NCBI GenBank assembly: GCA_040904565.1
Contig: JBBDTI010000075.1
Location: 138,508 to 202,507, forward strand
Length of the DNA stretch: 64,000 nt
Source: Rhodothermales bacterium
Lineage (GTDB): Bacteria > Bacteroidota > Rhodothermia > Rhodothermales > VXPQ01
Reading direction: 5' to 3'
The stretch's first letter is position 1; each line of letters opens with the position of its first letter. Below, piece after piece: positions 32,054-41,702 of this stretch. The notes under the pieces are model-generated. The model saw only the letters and a list, made by a program, of their open reading frames with translations. It was not told the DNA's origin and searched no databases. The position numbers and the translations under genes were made by a program.

Positions 32054-34699
32054 TCATTCCACAATGTCGAGGAGTAACCGTTGGGCTTCTCGGAAGTCCG
32101 GCGCGGCCTCCAGGGCGCGCAAGACGGCCCGTTTGGCTTCCGCAGAGCGGCCGGCGTGCCGCAGGCTGCGCGCCATGGCGTAGAATGCGCCGGCGCGGTC
32201 GGGCGGATTCAGCGCGACGACGGCTCGCCGATGCCGTACGGCCTCATCGTAGCGCCCCATCGATTCATAGAGCTCGGCGAGGTGCTCCCGTACGTCGGCA
32301 TCATACGGAATGACGTACAGCGTCTGCGCCAGCACCGCAGCGGATCGTGACGATTCGTCGCGCGCCTCGTACAGCGCGGCAAGCTCGAGGGCGGCGTCCG
32401 TTTCATGCTCCGCCCGGCTCAGGTACTCCGTCAGGATCTCCACGAGCGCTTCTTCATTGTCCATAGCACGGTACACGGAGGCGAGTCCCTCGTACGCGTT
32501 CCCGGGCCCGACGTACCCATCGTACATGGAAAGCGCGCGCTGGAAGGCCGTCTCAGCCGCCCCGTACTGCTCGTCGGCAAGGTAGGCGCCTCCTTCACGC
32601 AGCGTCTCGAAGAAGGGACCTCGCGCCGCGCCGATGGATTCAGACGTGATCTCCGCCTCCTCGTCGCCGAGCACGTCGGGCAGCCCCTCGAGAGCCTGCC
32701 GGGCCGCGTTCGCTTCCCGGCGCATGGCGTCCAGGAAGCCGCGGTCGATCTCCGCGACGTCGGCGCCGGTAGCCTGCGCGAGGGCCTCCTCGTCGGATGC
32801 CCCCTCACGAAGTGCATGCAGCATGTCCACGATGGCCTCGAACCCGTACGTGTCGGCGACATATTTGACGAGCCTGCCGGCGTGGTAATAGGACAGCTGA
32901 ATCTGGCCCGGGAACGACGGCCTCGTGAAGCCGCGATCGATCTGTTCGAGGGGCAGCAAGAGGTCCCGCTCGAGGGCCGAGAAGAAGCCGAGGTCCATCT
33001 CCCGTGCCCATTCCGGCCGTGCGCGCTGCTCTTCGTAGACGGACAGGCCCTCCGTGAACCAACGCGGCACGTTGTTCTCCGAAACCCCCATCGCCATCGT
33101 GTGAGCTATTTCGTGCCAGAGCGTGCGCGCCCAGTTATAGGGGCGCCCGGTCTGTGCGCGGGGCGTGTTGACGGCCAGCACGTCCCCGAAACTCACGCCC
33201 AGGAGTCCACGGTGCGGCACCCCCGCGATGCGTACGGCAAAATCGTCGGCATCACCATAGGCCTCGATGAGGATCTTGCCGGACGGCTCATACGGATAAC
33301 GCGCTCTCAGCGAATCGAAACTTTCCTCCGCCACGGCCAGCATGTCCGCGCCCAACACGTCTCGCTCGTCGTCGTGGATCAAGAGCCGGAAGTGCTCGCT
33401 CTCCAGCGTCGAAAAATTCTCGTAGCCATCCAGCAGCGTCAGCATGTTGGAGGCGTAGAGATTAAAGGGGTCGCCGTCGAAGGCCGCCTCGAGATGCCGT
33501 CGGGCCTCCTCACGCTGACCGAGCCGGAGCAGCGCCGTCCCCAGCTCGGCGCGCGCCTGAAGGTCCGTCCGGTTCACCTCGACGGCCCGACGGGCGAACG
33601 ACGCCGCGTCTACGTAGCGGAAGCGAAGCGTCGCATTCTCGGCGAGCTCGAGATAGAAGTCACTGGCCTGCGGGTCGACCTCCAGGGCACGTCGCTCGGC
33701 TCCCTTAAACGCGGCCGTATCCCCCCGCAAGTGATGGACGGACGCGAGCTGCGCCAGGGCGGAGATGGACGCCGGATTTACCTGAAGGGCGCGCCGCGCC
33801 ATCACCTCGGCTTCATCATACTGCCCATCCAGCACGCGGAGTCCGGCCAGTAGGGTGAGCGCATCCACGGCGTTCGGGTTGATGGAGCGCGCATTCCCAG
33901 CCAGCTCCTCCTTCCGTTCGAAGTTGGACGACAGGCGGGCCAGGCCGATCAATGAAGGCGCGTGTCGTTCGTTGAGCCGGAGAGCGTCTTCGAAGGTACG
34001 GGTCGCATCGGCCTCGTTATACTTTGTCCGAAACAATTCCGCCCAGAAGTACAGGTTGTCCACGTCCTGCCCGTCCAATCGAAAGGCGGTACGGAAGGCC
34101 TCGTTCGCGTCACGAAATTCACCGACCTCGGCCGCGGCGCGTGCACCTGCCGTCAACGTATGGGCCGTACGGAAGGTACCCTGCTTGTACTGCTGGTAGA
34201 CCGTTCGGTAAATGGATTGTGCCTGCCGATCCCGGCCGGTGCGAGCAAACAACTCGGCGATATCTACGCCACCCGTCCACAGATCGTTTTTCAGCGTAAG
34301 CGCCTCGCGAAAGTCCGACTCTGCCTCCTCGTACCGACCGACGGCGACGAGCAGGCGGCCTCTCGCCTGATAGAGCCGCGGCGCGTCGGACGCCGCCGCG
34401 ATCAGCTCCGCTAAACGCTCCACGCCGACCTCATACGCTCCGGTCAAAAGGAACGTCTGCGCATAGTCCAGCGCACCGTCGTGGTGGGGTGTCTCATCGA
34501 GCAGGCTTCGAAGGACGTTCCGTGCCTCCTCGTACCGGCCTGCGTTCAGAAGATCGTCCCCCGCGCGATACAGGCTGTCCGCATCCGCCCCGCCCGCACC
34601 CACCGCCTGCGCATAGCCGACACGGACAGGCGACGCGGCCATCAGGCACAATACGGCAGCGGATACGAACGCTCGAAGAGAGATGAGACGAGATTGCAT
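32054..34699 (-). CDS. Exported TPR protein with an embedded peptidase MA-like (gluzincin) domain
   Basis: Signal peptide; many TPR repeats flank TLWHEIAH...VPRWFTEGLSVYEE (HExxH plus downstream E). Confidence 0.85.
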   Translation of the reverse strand: MQSRLISLRAFVSAAVLCLMAASPVRVGYAQAVGAGGADADSLYRAGDDLLNAGRYEEARNVLRSLLDETPHHDGALDYAQTFLLTGAYEVGVERLAELIAAASDAPRLYQARGRLLVAVGRYEEAESDFREALTLKNDLWTGGVDIAELFARTGRDRQAQSIYRTVYQQYKQGTFRTAHTLTAGARAAAEVGEFRDANEAFRTAFRLDGQDVDNLYFWAELFRTKYNEADATRTFEDALRLNERHAPSLIGLARLSSNFERKEELAGNARSINPNAVDALTLLAGLRVLDGQYDEAEVMARRALQVNPASISALAQLASVHHLRGDTAAFKGAERRALEVDPQASDFYLELAENATLRFRYVDAASFARRAVEVNRTDLQARAELGTALLRLGQREEARRHLEAAFDGDPFNLYASNMLTLLDGYENFSTLESEHFRLLIHDDERDVLGADMLAVAEESFDSLRARYPYEPSGKILIEAYGDADDFAVRIAGVPHRGLLGVSFGDVLAVNTPRAQTGRPYNWARTLWHEIAHTMAMGVSENNVPRWFTEGLSVYEEQRARPEWAREMDLGFFSALERDLLLPLEQIDRGFTRPSFPGQIQLSYYHAGRLVKYVADTYGFEAIVDMLHALREGASDEEALAQATGADVAEIDRGFLDAMRREANAARQALEGLPDVLGDEEAEITSESIGAARGPFFETLREGGAYLADEQYGAAETAFQRALSMYDGYVGPGNAYEGLASVYRAMDNEEALVEILTEYLSRAEHETDAALELAALYEARDESSRSAAVLAQTLYVIPYDADVREHLAELYESMGRYDEAVRHRRAVVALNPPDRAGAFYAMARSLRHAGRSAEAKRAVLRALEAAPDFREAQRLLLDIVE

Positions 34700-35243
34700 G
34701 CTTGTCGCTGGCCGTTGAACCTCTTACTACGCGCTCACGAAAGCGCCGGCGACGACGGGGCGGGCCCACCGACGGTCGCGCGACGTACCGACAGATATTT
34801 CCGGCTGACAGACGGACTACCCGTGTCGGACGACCTCGCTTAGCCGATCTGCGCCGGCAACGACGCTCCGTCCACGCCATGCAGTCCATCCCATCCAACA
34901 GGAAACAACGGAGCCTGGATGGCGATGTATGGATGGCAGCGACCGGTATCGAAAGCGCGATCGATCTATAGAGATAAAGACCGGAGCCCCAACCTTCGTT
35001 CCCTCTTCACAATGCAACGTTACGAAATGCACTCCAATGTCGTAGATGGAGGGAGGGCTCTTCAGCGCCTGACGCGAACGCCTCGTACTATGGTGCGACG
35101 GATCGACTTCGCGATGCCGATCGATCCATTAGGACGCCATTCTCTAGGCCGCACGACATCAACGTCCAGCCGTGACGCCGTTGCGGATTCGGCATCATTG
35201 CGGTAACATACACCACGACTTCTCTCTCAACTAGCATCCGCCC

Positions 35244-36263
35244 ATGCGATCCGCCATGCTCCCGGCCGTGATAGCCCTCCTCGGTCTCACGGCCACCTCC
35301 GCACCGGCCCAGAACGCCGCCCCGTCGATGACGGAAGCCGCAACGGCCTTTCTGGCGCTGCTCGACGAAGACGACGCCCGACAGGCCATGATGCCGTTCG
35401 ATGGCGACGAGCGCTTCAATTTTCATTTTACGCCCGTTCCGCGAAAGGGGTTGACGCTGAAGGACATGTCGCTGGACCAGCGGAGGGCCGTACATGCGCT
35501 GCTTCGAAGTGGACTGAGTTCTCGGGGATACCTCAAGGCGACGAGCGTGATGCAGCTCGAGAACATCCTCCGGCAGATCGAAGAGCCAGGGTGGACGCGC
35601 GACCGGGCCCTGTACTACGTCAGCATCTTCGGCACGCCTTTAGAGGACGAACCGTGGGGCTGGCGCCTCGAAGGCCACCACCTCTCTCTCAACTACACGT
35701 CGGTGTCGGACGCATTGACCGTCACCACGCCCGCGTTCTACGGGTCCAATCCGGCCGAAGTACGGACCGGCCCGACGGCCGGACTCCGCGTGCTCGGAGC
35801 CGAAGAGGACCTGGCCCGCCACCTCGTCTCCCTGCTGAATGCGGAGCAGCGCAGGCTGGCCGTCATCAACGAGGCGGCGCCACGCGACATCATCACGGGG
35901 AACGATCGCTCCGCACAACTGGAAGGGTATGAGGGACTGGCCGCAGCCGAGATGACGACGGAACAGAAGGAGGCGCTGTGGCGCCTCATTAGGGAGTACA
36001 CGGGCAACCAGCAGCCCGAGCTCGCCGAGCAGTACCTTGAGAAAGTCGAACGCGCGGGGATCGAGTCGTTTTACTTCGCGTGGGCCGGCGGACTCGACCG
36101 CGGCGACCAGCACTATTACCGCGTCCACGGTCCCACGCTGCTCATCGAATACGACAACACCCAGGGTGACGGCAACCACGTCCACTCCGTCCTCCGCGAC
36201 CTGGAGAACGACTTCGGCGGCGACCTGCTTCGCAGGCACTACGAAGAGCATACGCACGACTGA
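35244..36263 (+). CDS. Exported DUF3500-family protein
   Basis: Signal peptide; PRKGL, LSSRGY, PWGWRLEGHHLSLN, FAWAG, YYRVHGPTLLIEYDN, NHVHSVLRD. Confidence 0.88.
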   Translation: MRSAMLPAVIALLGLTATSAPAQNAAPSMTEAATAFLALLDEDDARQAMMPFDGDERFNFHFTPVPRKGLTLKDMSLDQRRAVHALLRSGLSSRGYLKATSVMQLENILRQIEEPGWTRDRALYYVSIFGTPLEDEPWGWRLEGHHLSLNYTSVSDALTVTTPAFYGSNPAEVRTGPTAGLRVLGAEEDLARHLVSLLNAEQRRLAVINEAAPRDIITGNDRSAQLEGYEGLAAAEMTTEQKEALWRLIREYTGNQQPELAEQYLEKVERAGIESFYFAWAGGLDRGDQHYYRVHGPTLLIEYDNTQGDGNHVHSVLRDLENDFGGDLLRRHYEEHTHD

Positions 36264-36298
36264 TATCTTCGCGATAGCACGCGTGTGAGGTCAGACGG

Positions 36299-37072
36299 CT
36301 AGATCTGCGAGTAGACCGTCGGCCGAAGTATGAAATCGCTGATGGCGGAAACCGTCTCGGCGTAGTACGGATTGGCGCTGAGCTCCGCCCAGTCCGGGTG
36401 CGCCCGAAATCGATCCCAGGCCGCGTCGCGTTCCGCCATGTTCTCGAAGGCGAGCATGTAGGTCAGATTGGGAAGCTGATCCCCGATCAACGATTCCCCG
36501 AAGAAGACGGGATGCAGTCCGACCTCACGAAAGATCGAAATCTCTCCGTTATTGAACATTTCGATCTTCCGGAGCGCGGCCTCGTCCGTCGGACTCTCGT
36601 AAAATCGCAGTTCGAAGAGTCGTCCGTCCGTGCCGACGGGCGTTTCGATCCTTTCCATTCCGTCGAACGCTTTCAACAGTGAGCTTTCATAGCGGACGTA
36701 ACCCGGATCGGCCATGGATCGCTCAAGAAAAGAGGCCCCCGCCCGCACATACTCATCGTCCGCCGCAAGCCGGCGCCGCAGCGTCTCGACCGACTCGAGG
36801 GAGGGATGCGGCAGCAGGACGTACACAGACGGACGGTTCGGTCCATACGCGACACTGAACCCTCCCACCGGTTCGATACCCAGCCGGTTGTATGCCGGGA
36901 CGGCCACCTCCCCGAGGAATTCGTGCAATGCGTTCTGCTTCGAATTATTCAGCAGGTGGTAGCGTCGCAGTTCGAAATATTGCGGCACCATTGACGAACC
37001 GGATCCGAAAGCAACCGTGTGGGCCAGTGGGGCCCCCAGCATCGATGAAGTAATAAATCTGCGTCTATCCAT
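36299..37072 (-). CDS. Tat-exported double NIPSNAP protein
   Basis: MDRRRFI twin-arginine motif; YFELRRY and LFELRFY repeats; PNLTYML, AWDRFRAHPDW. Confidence 0.88.
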   Translation of the reverse strand: MDRRRFITSSMLGAPLAHTVAFGSGSSMVPQYFELRRYHLLNNSKQNALHEFLGEVAVPAYNRLGIEPVGGFSVAYGPNRPSVYVLLPHPSLESVETLRRRLAADDEYVRAGASFLERSMADPGYVRYESSLLKAFDGMERIETPVGTDGRLFELRFYESPTDEAALRKIEMFNNGEISIFREVGLHPVFFGESLIGDQLPNLTYMLAFENMAERDAAWDRFRAHPDWAELSANPYYAETVSAISDFILRPTVYSQI

Positions 37073-37206
37073 TCCTGTGTTCAGACTGCTTATAAGGGGT
37101 ACCTGCCGGCCCGTCGCCTGCGGTAGAACCAGAGGCGGCTCGGGCCGGGGTGATTACGACGCTGCCATGCCGGCAACGGCGATCCGACGGCTATATTTCG
37201 CCGGCC

Positions 37207-37535
37207 TCACTCCGGCTGCGCCCAATCCGGATCCGGCGTGTTCGGGTCGAACAGCTCGTCGACGTAGTATTCCCGCCAGTGCTCTCATTTGCCCCTCCGA
37301 TACCGCACAGCTCGCCACCTCTACCGCTTACAACGTCTTCGGTCGTGATAACGAGCTGACCCGGCTTGAAAAGATGTCCGGTCCTTCCCCGGGCTCCAGC
37401 TTCGGCGAGGAACGTGTCGACGTGCCGCCGAATCTCGACCTTTGGATCGACGTCTTCTTCCGCCTCACCACTCTGAAGCACGTCGCAACTCGTGAGCATC
37501 AGCAGCACGAGCAGGATCCAGGCCCTCCCTCCCAT
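37207..37535 (-). pseudogene. Internally deleted / frameshifted lipoprotein gene
   Basis: Lipobox LMLTSC and a plausible N-terminus (VDTFLAEAGARG...LCG). The reading frame then degrades, while another frame (37284-37207) reads EHWREYYVDELFDPNTPDPDWAQPE*. Confidence 0.55.
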
Positions 37536-37607
37536 CCGTAGGGCCTCCATCGGTAACATCATGAAGGAATGCTTTGCAATCGGGCGCAAGATACGGCATG
37601 CGTGGAT

Positions 37608-38066
37608 CTACTTCTCAGGATCGGCGGGCCGCTCGATGCCCTTGTTGTCCCATTTCCAGACCACGAAGTGAAGCGGCGCCGACCCCGTATTGGTGATGCC
37701 GTGGACGTCCCATGGCGCCGCATACAGCATGTCTCCCGCGGCGGCGGGGAAGTCCTCCCCATTCAGATGCCACGTCCCCTCGCCCTGCGTGACCAGCATG
37801 TACTCTTCTTCCGTGTGTCGATGCGGCGGATGGATCTCCATGCCCGCGTTGATGACCGCAACGGCCGCCAGGGCGTTCTCCGTACCGAACGTTTCGCCCT
37901 CGAAGTAGCTGAACAACGTTCCCCAGTCGAAGTCGTCTCGGCTCGCCTCCGCTTCGGCCACGACGGCCGACGATACGGGAGGCTGCATCCGGGATCCCAG
38001 TGCGATGCCCACGGCGAAGACGAGCGCCACTCCAAGTAGCGCAGTGCCGGTCTTAACGATTTTCAT
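37608..38066 (-). CDS. Exported/membrane-anchored cupin-2 protein
   Basis: Hydrophobic N-terminus; HPPHRHTEEEY and PWDVHGITN cupin metal motifs. Confidence 0.85.
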   Translation of the reverse strand: MKIVKTGTALLGVALVFAVGIALGSRMQPPVSSAVVAEAEASRDDFDWGTLFSYFEGETFGTENALAAVAVINAGMEIHPPHRHTEEEYMLVTQGEGTWHLNGEDFPAAAGDMLYAAPWDVHGITNTGSAPLHFVVWKWDNKGIERPADPEK

Positions 38067-38169
38067 GTCGATCTATTGGTATCTGGTTGAGGCAATTGGA
38101 CGATGGGCCGGACGATCATGGGCCGCCATGCTGCCGGTCCGGCGCCGCCCGGCAGGTCGGTCGGGCACG

Positions 38170-39666
38170 TCATTCCGTATCCGAATACCATTCCGGCGTA
38201 CCGAACCAATCGTGCATCTCCTGCTCGAACGGTTCAACGACGTACGCCGGTTCCGGATAGATGCCCTGGTCTCCCGTTTCCACGATCCACGTATCGAGCG
38301 CCGCGCGCATACGTTCGAGAACGGCCCGATGCTCCGGGTCGCCGGATTCCGCGAGATTATTGATCTCGTGGGGATCCGCCTGCGTGTCGTAGAGCTCCTC
38401 GTACGGCAGCGGCTCCATGAGGGCCGCGGCGGGTCCCATGAGTTCGTCCTCGAAATGCATCTCGCGCATGAGCTGCTTGATGAGAAAGCATTTTTCCTTG
38501 TACCGGTTCAGCGACGCGAAGCCCATCTCCGGCATGTAATTGCGGAGGTAGTGATAGCGCTCGCCTCGAACGGATCGGATCCGGCTTACGGTCTCGTCGA
38601 TGCGATCGCGCATGCTGAACGCATAGGTGCGTTCCGGATCCGGGCGGTCGCCCAGAAAGAGGCGGCTCTGCATACCCAGGGGGCGTTCGATACCCGCCAT
38701 CCAGAGCGTCGTCGCGGTCAAATCGAGCAGGCTGATGACGTCGTCGATCGCGGCGCCGGGCTCGTACTGCGGGGGTGCCGGGTAATTCTCCGGCCAGTGA
38801 ACGATCATCGGCACGTGAATGCCGGGGTCCCAGAGCCAGTGGATGCCGCGCGGCGTGAGCCGGCCGTTGTCTCCAAAGAAGACGATAATCGTATTGTCCG
38901 CCACCCCGTCCTCCTCCAGCTGCTCGAGGATCCAACCTACGCGCACGTCCATCCCCGAGATCGAGTTGAGGTACCGGGCCCACTCCTCGCGCACGATCTC
39001 ATGATCGGGGTAGTACGGAGGCGGATTCACATTGTCCACCGTGGCCACCTGTGGATGCCACTCCTCCCCTACGAACGGCACGCGTTCCTTTTCGGCGGAC
39101 TGACCATCGTAGATGTCGTATTCGACCTCCGGCATGTTGATCGTTGCAAAGAAAGGCTCGTTGTCCTTCAGCTTCGACCAATCCTGCGAATCGTAGAGCG
39201 GTCCTTCATTGACGAAATTGAGGTCGAGCTTCCCCGTGCCGGCCACCCGGTCGCCGATGTTGACGATATTCGCCGTGTAATAGCCGACGTCGGCGAGTCG
39301 ATGCGTAAGCGGACGCACTCCCGGCGGCAGGCGATAGTCGTCGTCCCGGTGCGACCGCATGTTGTGGGTGTCCGTCGTGTTCTGATACATGCCCGTCATG
39401 AAGGCGGACCGGCTCGGAGCACAGACCCCCGACGTGGCGAACACGTTCGTGAAGCGAATGCCCTCGGCGGCCAGGCCATCGATGTTCGGGGTCTCCACGT
39501 TCTCTGCGCCGTAAACCCCGAGATCGAGCGCGATATTCTCGCCTACGATCCAGAGAATATTCGGACGATCGGGCGGTTCGGAGGCCTCTACCGGCGCGGT
39601 CTCGTCCGCGCCAAACAGGCTGGTCGCGAGCAGTATGGTCGTCAGTACCAGTTTGATCGATGTCAT
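38170..39666 (-). CDS. Formylglycine-dependent sulfatase (S1, Cys-type), exported
   Basis: Signal peptide; RPNILWI; CAPSRSAFMTG; GDNG; HVPMIV; ELYDTQADPHEINNLA. Confidence 0.92.
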   Translation of the reverse strand: MTSIKLVLTTILLATSLFGADETAPVEASEPPDRPNILWIVGENIALDLGVYGAENVETPNIDGLAAEGIRFTNVFATSGVCAPSRSAFMTGMYQNTTDTHNMRSHRDDDYRLPPGVRPLTHRLADVGYYTANIVNIGDRVAGTGKLDLNFVNEGPLYDSQDWSKLKDNEPFFATINMPEVEYDIYDGQSAEKERVPFVGEEWHPQVATVDNVNPPPYYPDHEIVREEWARYLNSISGMDVRVGWILEQLEEDGVADNTIIVFFGDNGRLTPRGIHWLWDPGIHVPMIVHWPENYPAPPQYEPGAAIDDVISLLDLTATTLWMAGIERPLGMQSRLFLGDRPDPERTYAFSMRDRIDETVSRIRSVRGERYHYLRNYMPEMGFASLNRYKEKCFLIKQLMREMHFEDELMGPAAALMEPLPYEELYDTQADPHEINNLAESGDPEHRAVLERMRAALDTWIVETGDQGIYPEPAYVVEPFEQEMHDWFGTPEWYSDTE

Positions 39667-39983
39667 GTCTACGATTCGGTGGATTTGTGGATGACTCCTT
39701 ACGAACGCGCCTGGAGCGCTGCGTACCGTCCGTTCGCCCGGCGAACATAACCGAGAGTACGTTGAAGATGCACGATAGCGATGACGACAGCAAGGCATCC
39801 CGCCAGAATGCTCGTCAGCCAACCGGGCCTCACCGGCTTCGTTCGTCCTGGACGCGTAGACGTTCTGAAGGCCTTAGCGGCCATCGGACGACGCTCCGGC
39901 TTCCGATTGGGAAGCCCCTCTCCATTCGGGTCGCCCGTCGCCGTAACATGGGCCCAATAGGACGATGTCCAGTTAATCCGCTT

Positions 39984-40562
39984 CTATTCGATGCGCTGCG
40001 TAATGCCGTGCTGACGCCGGATTTCAGCCATCTCTTCAGCATCCATGGGCACGCAATCCGTGCCCGGCGGCACGCCGATATCCCTGAAGAACCCTTCCAG
40101 GCCGGGCGGCGACACCACCCATACCAGATTTACATTTTCGCTCGCCGCGTTCTCGACCCCGTGCCATACGCCCCGCGGCACGTATACGGTCGTCCCCGGC
40201 CCTACGGCCACGGACGAATCGCCGAAGACGCCCGTCGCCCGCCCTTCGTGGATGAAGAGGATCTCATCCTGATGTTCGTGCCGGTGAACCGGAATCAACT
40301 CGCCTCCCGGCAGCGTCTGCGTACCCATGGCGAGACGCGTGGAACCCGTGGTCTGCGGATCAGCCTTGATAACCCATCGCGCATCCGCGGACGACTCCTC
40401 CCGGCACGGCACCAGCACCTCGCCGTCGTCGGGAAACATGACGTACCCCATCGTATCGCGCACCGCCGCGTCGTAGGCTGACGCCGCGCTGTCTCCCTCC
40501 GGCTGCCCGCAGGCCGTCACGAACAAGAGCGCAGCTGCAGCCCATCCCCATATTCCAGTCAT
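39984..40562 (-). CDS. Cupin-2 lipoprotein
   Basis: Lipobox FVTAC; IPVHRHEHQDEILF, VPRGVWHGVEN, SPPGLEGFF. Confidence 0.85.
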   Translation of the reverse strand: MTGIWGWAAAALLFVTACGQPEGDSAASAYDAAVRDTMGYVMFPDDGEVLVPCREESSADARWVIKADPQTTGSTRLAMGTQTLPGGELIPVHRHEHQDEILFIHEGRATGVFGDSSVAVGPGTTVYVPRGVWHGVENAASENVNLVWVVSPPGLEGFFRDIGVPPGTDCVPMDAEEMAEIRRQHGITQRIE

Positions 40563-40710
40563 GGTACGTCCTCCGCAAAAGTCATCAGGCTATGGCATTC
40601 GGCGGACCGACTGCCGTCCGTACGCAGGGTAAGACCCGGTGAGTACGTGTGGAGACCCTGCTGCCACGCAGACCCTATGCGTACTCATTTTCCACGACTG
40701 CTCGTGATGC

Positions 40711-40763
40711 TATTACTGATGGAATGCGCATACTGACGGAAGGCTAGTACTGATGAAACGCCT
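40711..40763 (-). repeat. Three degenerate tandem copies of the esterase 3' end
   Basis: Plus strand TACTGATGGAATGC / TACTGACGGAAGGC / TACTGATGAAACGC. Confidence 0.6.
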
Positions 40764-41607
40764 GCGAGACGAAATGGAGCACGGACGGCAGCGACTCACG
40801 CCAGTAGGTCCACGTGTGGCCGCCGTCGCGAATTCGGAACTCATGAGGGATGCCCCGTTGACGCATGGCTATATGCACGAGCGAATTTCCTTCGTAAAGA
40901 AAATCGTCGTCGCCGCAGTCGATATACCAGCGCACCGACGAAATGTCGTCCTCCGGCAGGCTGCGAACGAGCTCCACGGCACTGTGACGTTCAAAGTACG
41001 TCTGTAGCCGCTCCTCCGAGACGGCGTTTGCTTCTTCACCCAGTCGTTCCCGGAGGTCTTCAAGCGTCAGCGAGCCCGTGCTGGCGCTCAGCGGCGCGGC
41101 GGATGAGAACATGTCTGGACGGTGCAGTGAATACATGAACGAACCGCCCCCGCCCATGGAGAGCCCGGCCACGGCACGGTACCGTTTTTCGCTCTTGATG
41201 CGGTACGTCGACTCGACGTACGGAATGAACTCATCAAAAAAGAAATCTTCGTAGCGCCACTCCCCCGCCACGTCGTTGAAATAGCCCCTGCGACCTTCAC
41301 TGGCGTCGGGCATGACAATAACCATCGGCGTGGCCTTCCCTTCCTCGATCACTCTATCGGCAATATGGCGCACCTCGCCGAACTGCACCCATCCGGTCTG
41401 GTCGTCTCCGCCGCCATGGAGCAGATACAGGACGGGATAGCTGCGCTCGGACGTGTCGTAGTCCGGCGGAAGGTAAACGGCATACCGCCGTTCGCCGTCG
41501 AGGATGTCGCTGCTCATAGACAGATTGTCGAACACCTTGCTGAACTGCGCCAGTACGGTGGCGGGCAAGAACAGGCCAAGCAGGATTACGGTGGCATATC
41601 GGTGCAT
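40744..41607 (-). CDS. Exported alpha/beta-hydrolase esterase (CE1-like)
   Basis: Signal peptide; YPVLYLLHG, GLSMGG nucleophile, DCGDDD, GGHTW. Confidence 0.9.
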   Translation of the reverse strand: MHRYATVILLGLFLPATVLAQFSKVFDNLSMSSDILDGERRYAVYLPPDYDTSERSYPVLYLLHGGGDDQTGWVQFGEVRHIADRVIEEGKATPMVIVMPDASEGRRGYFNDVAGEWRYEDFFFDEFIPYVESTYRIKSEKRYRAVAGLSMGGGGSFMYSLHRPDMFSSAAPLSASTGSLTLEDLRERLGEEANAVSEERLQTYFERHSAVELVRSLPEDDISSVRWYIDCGDDDFLYEGNSLVHIAMRQRGIPHEFRIRDGGHTWTYWRESLPSVLHFVSQAFHQY

Positions 41608-41702
41608 TATCACGGTTCGACAATCCAGTTTGTGAAGGGCAGGAACTGACTGCAATAAACGGATCCCGCGAACGGATCGCTATGGGATCACGACAGACGA
41701 CG

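Noticed and set aside
20296-34699. Interpreting the MoxR operon as a phage-defence or contractile secretion system
   Set aside because: No nuclease, TIR or other defence effector and no sheath, tube, VgrG or secretin motifs; the components are envelope-targeted and Bat-like.
34700-35243. Small ORFs in the 540-bp divergent spacer upstream of the MoxR operon
   Set aside because: No motifs, overlapping frames and Arg-rich low-information translations; more likely a promoter region. No recognisable riboswitch.
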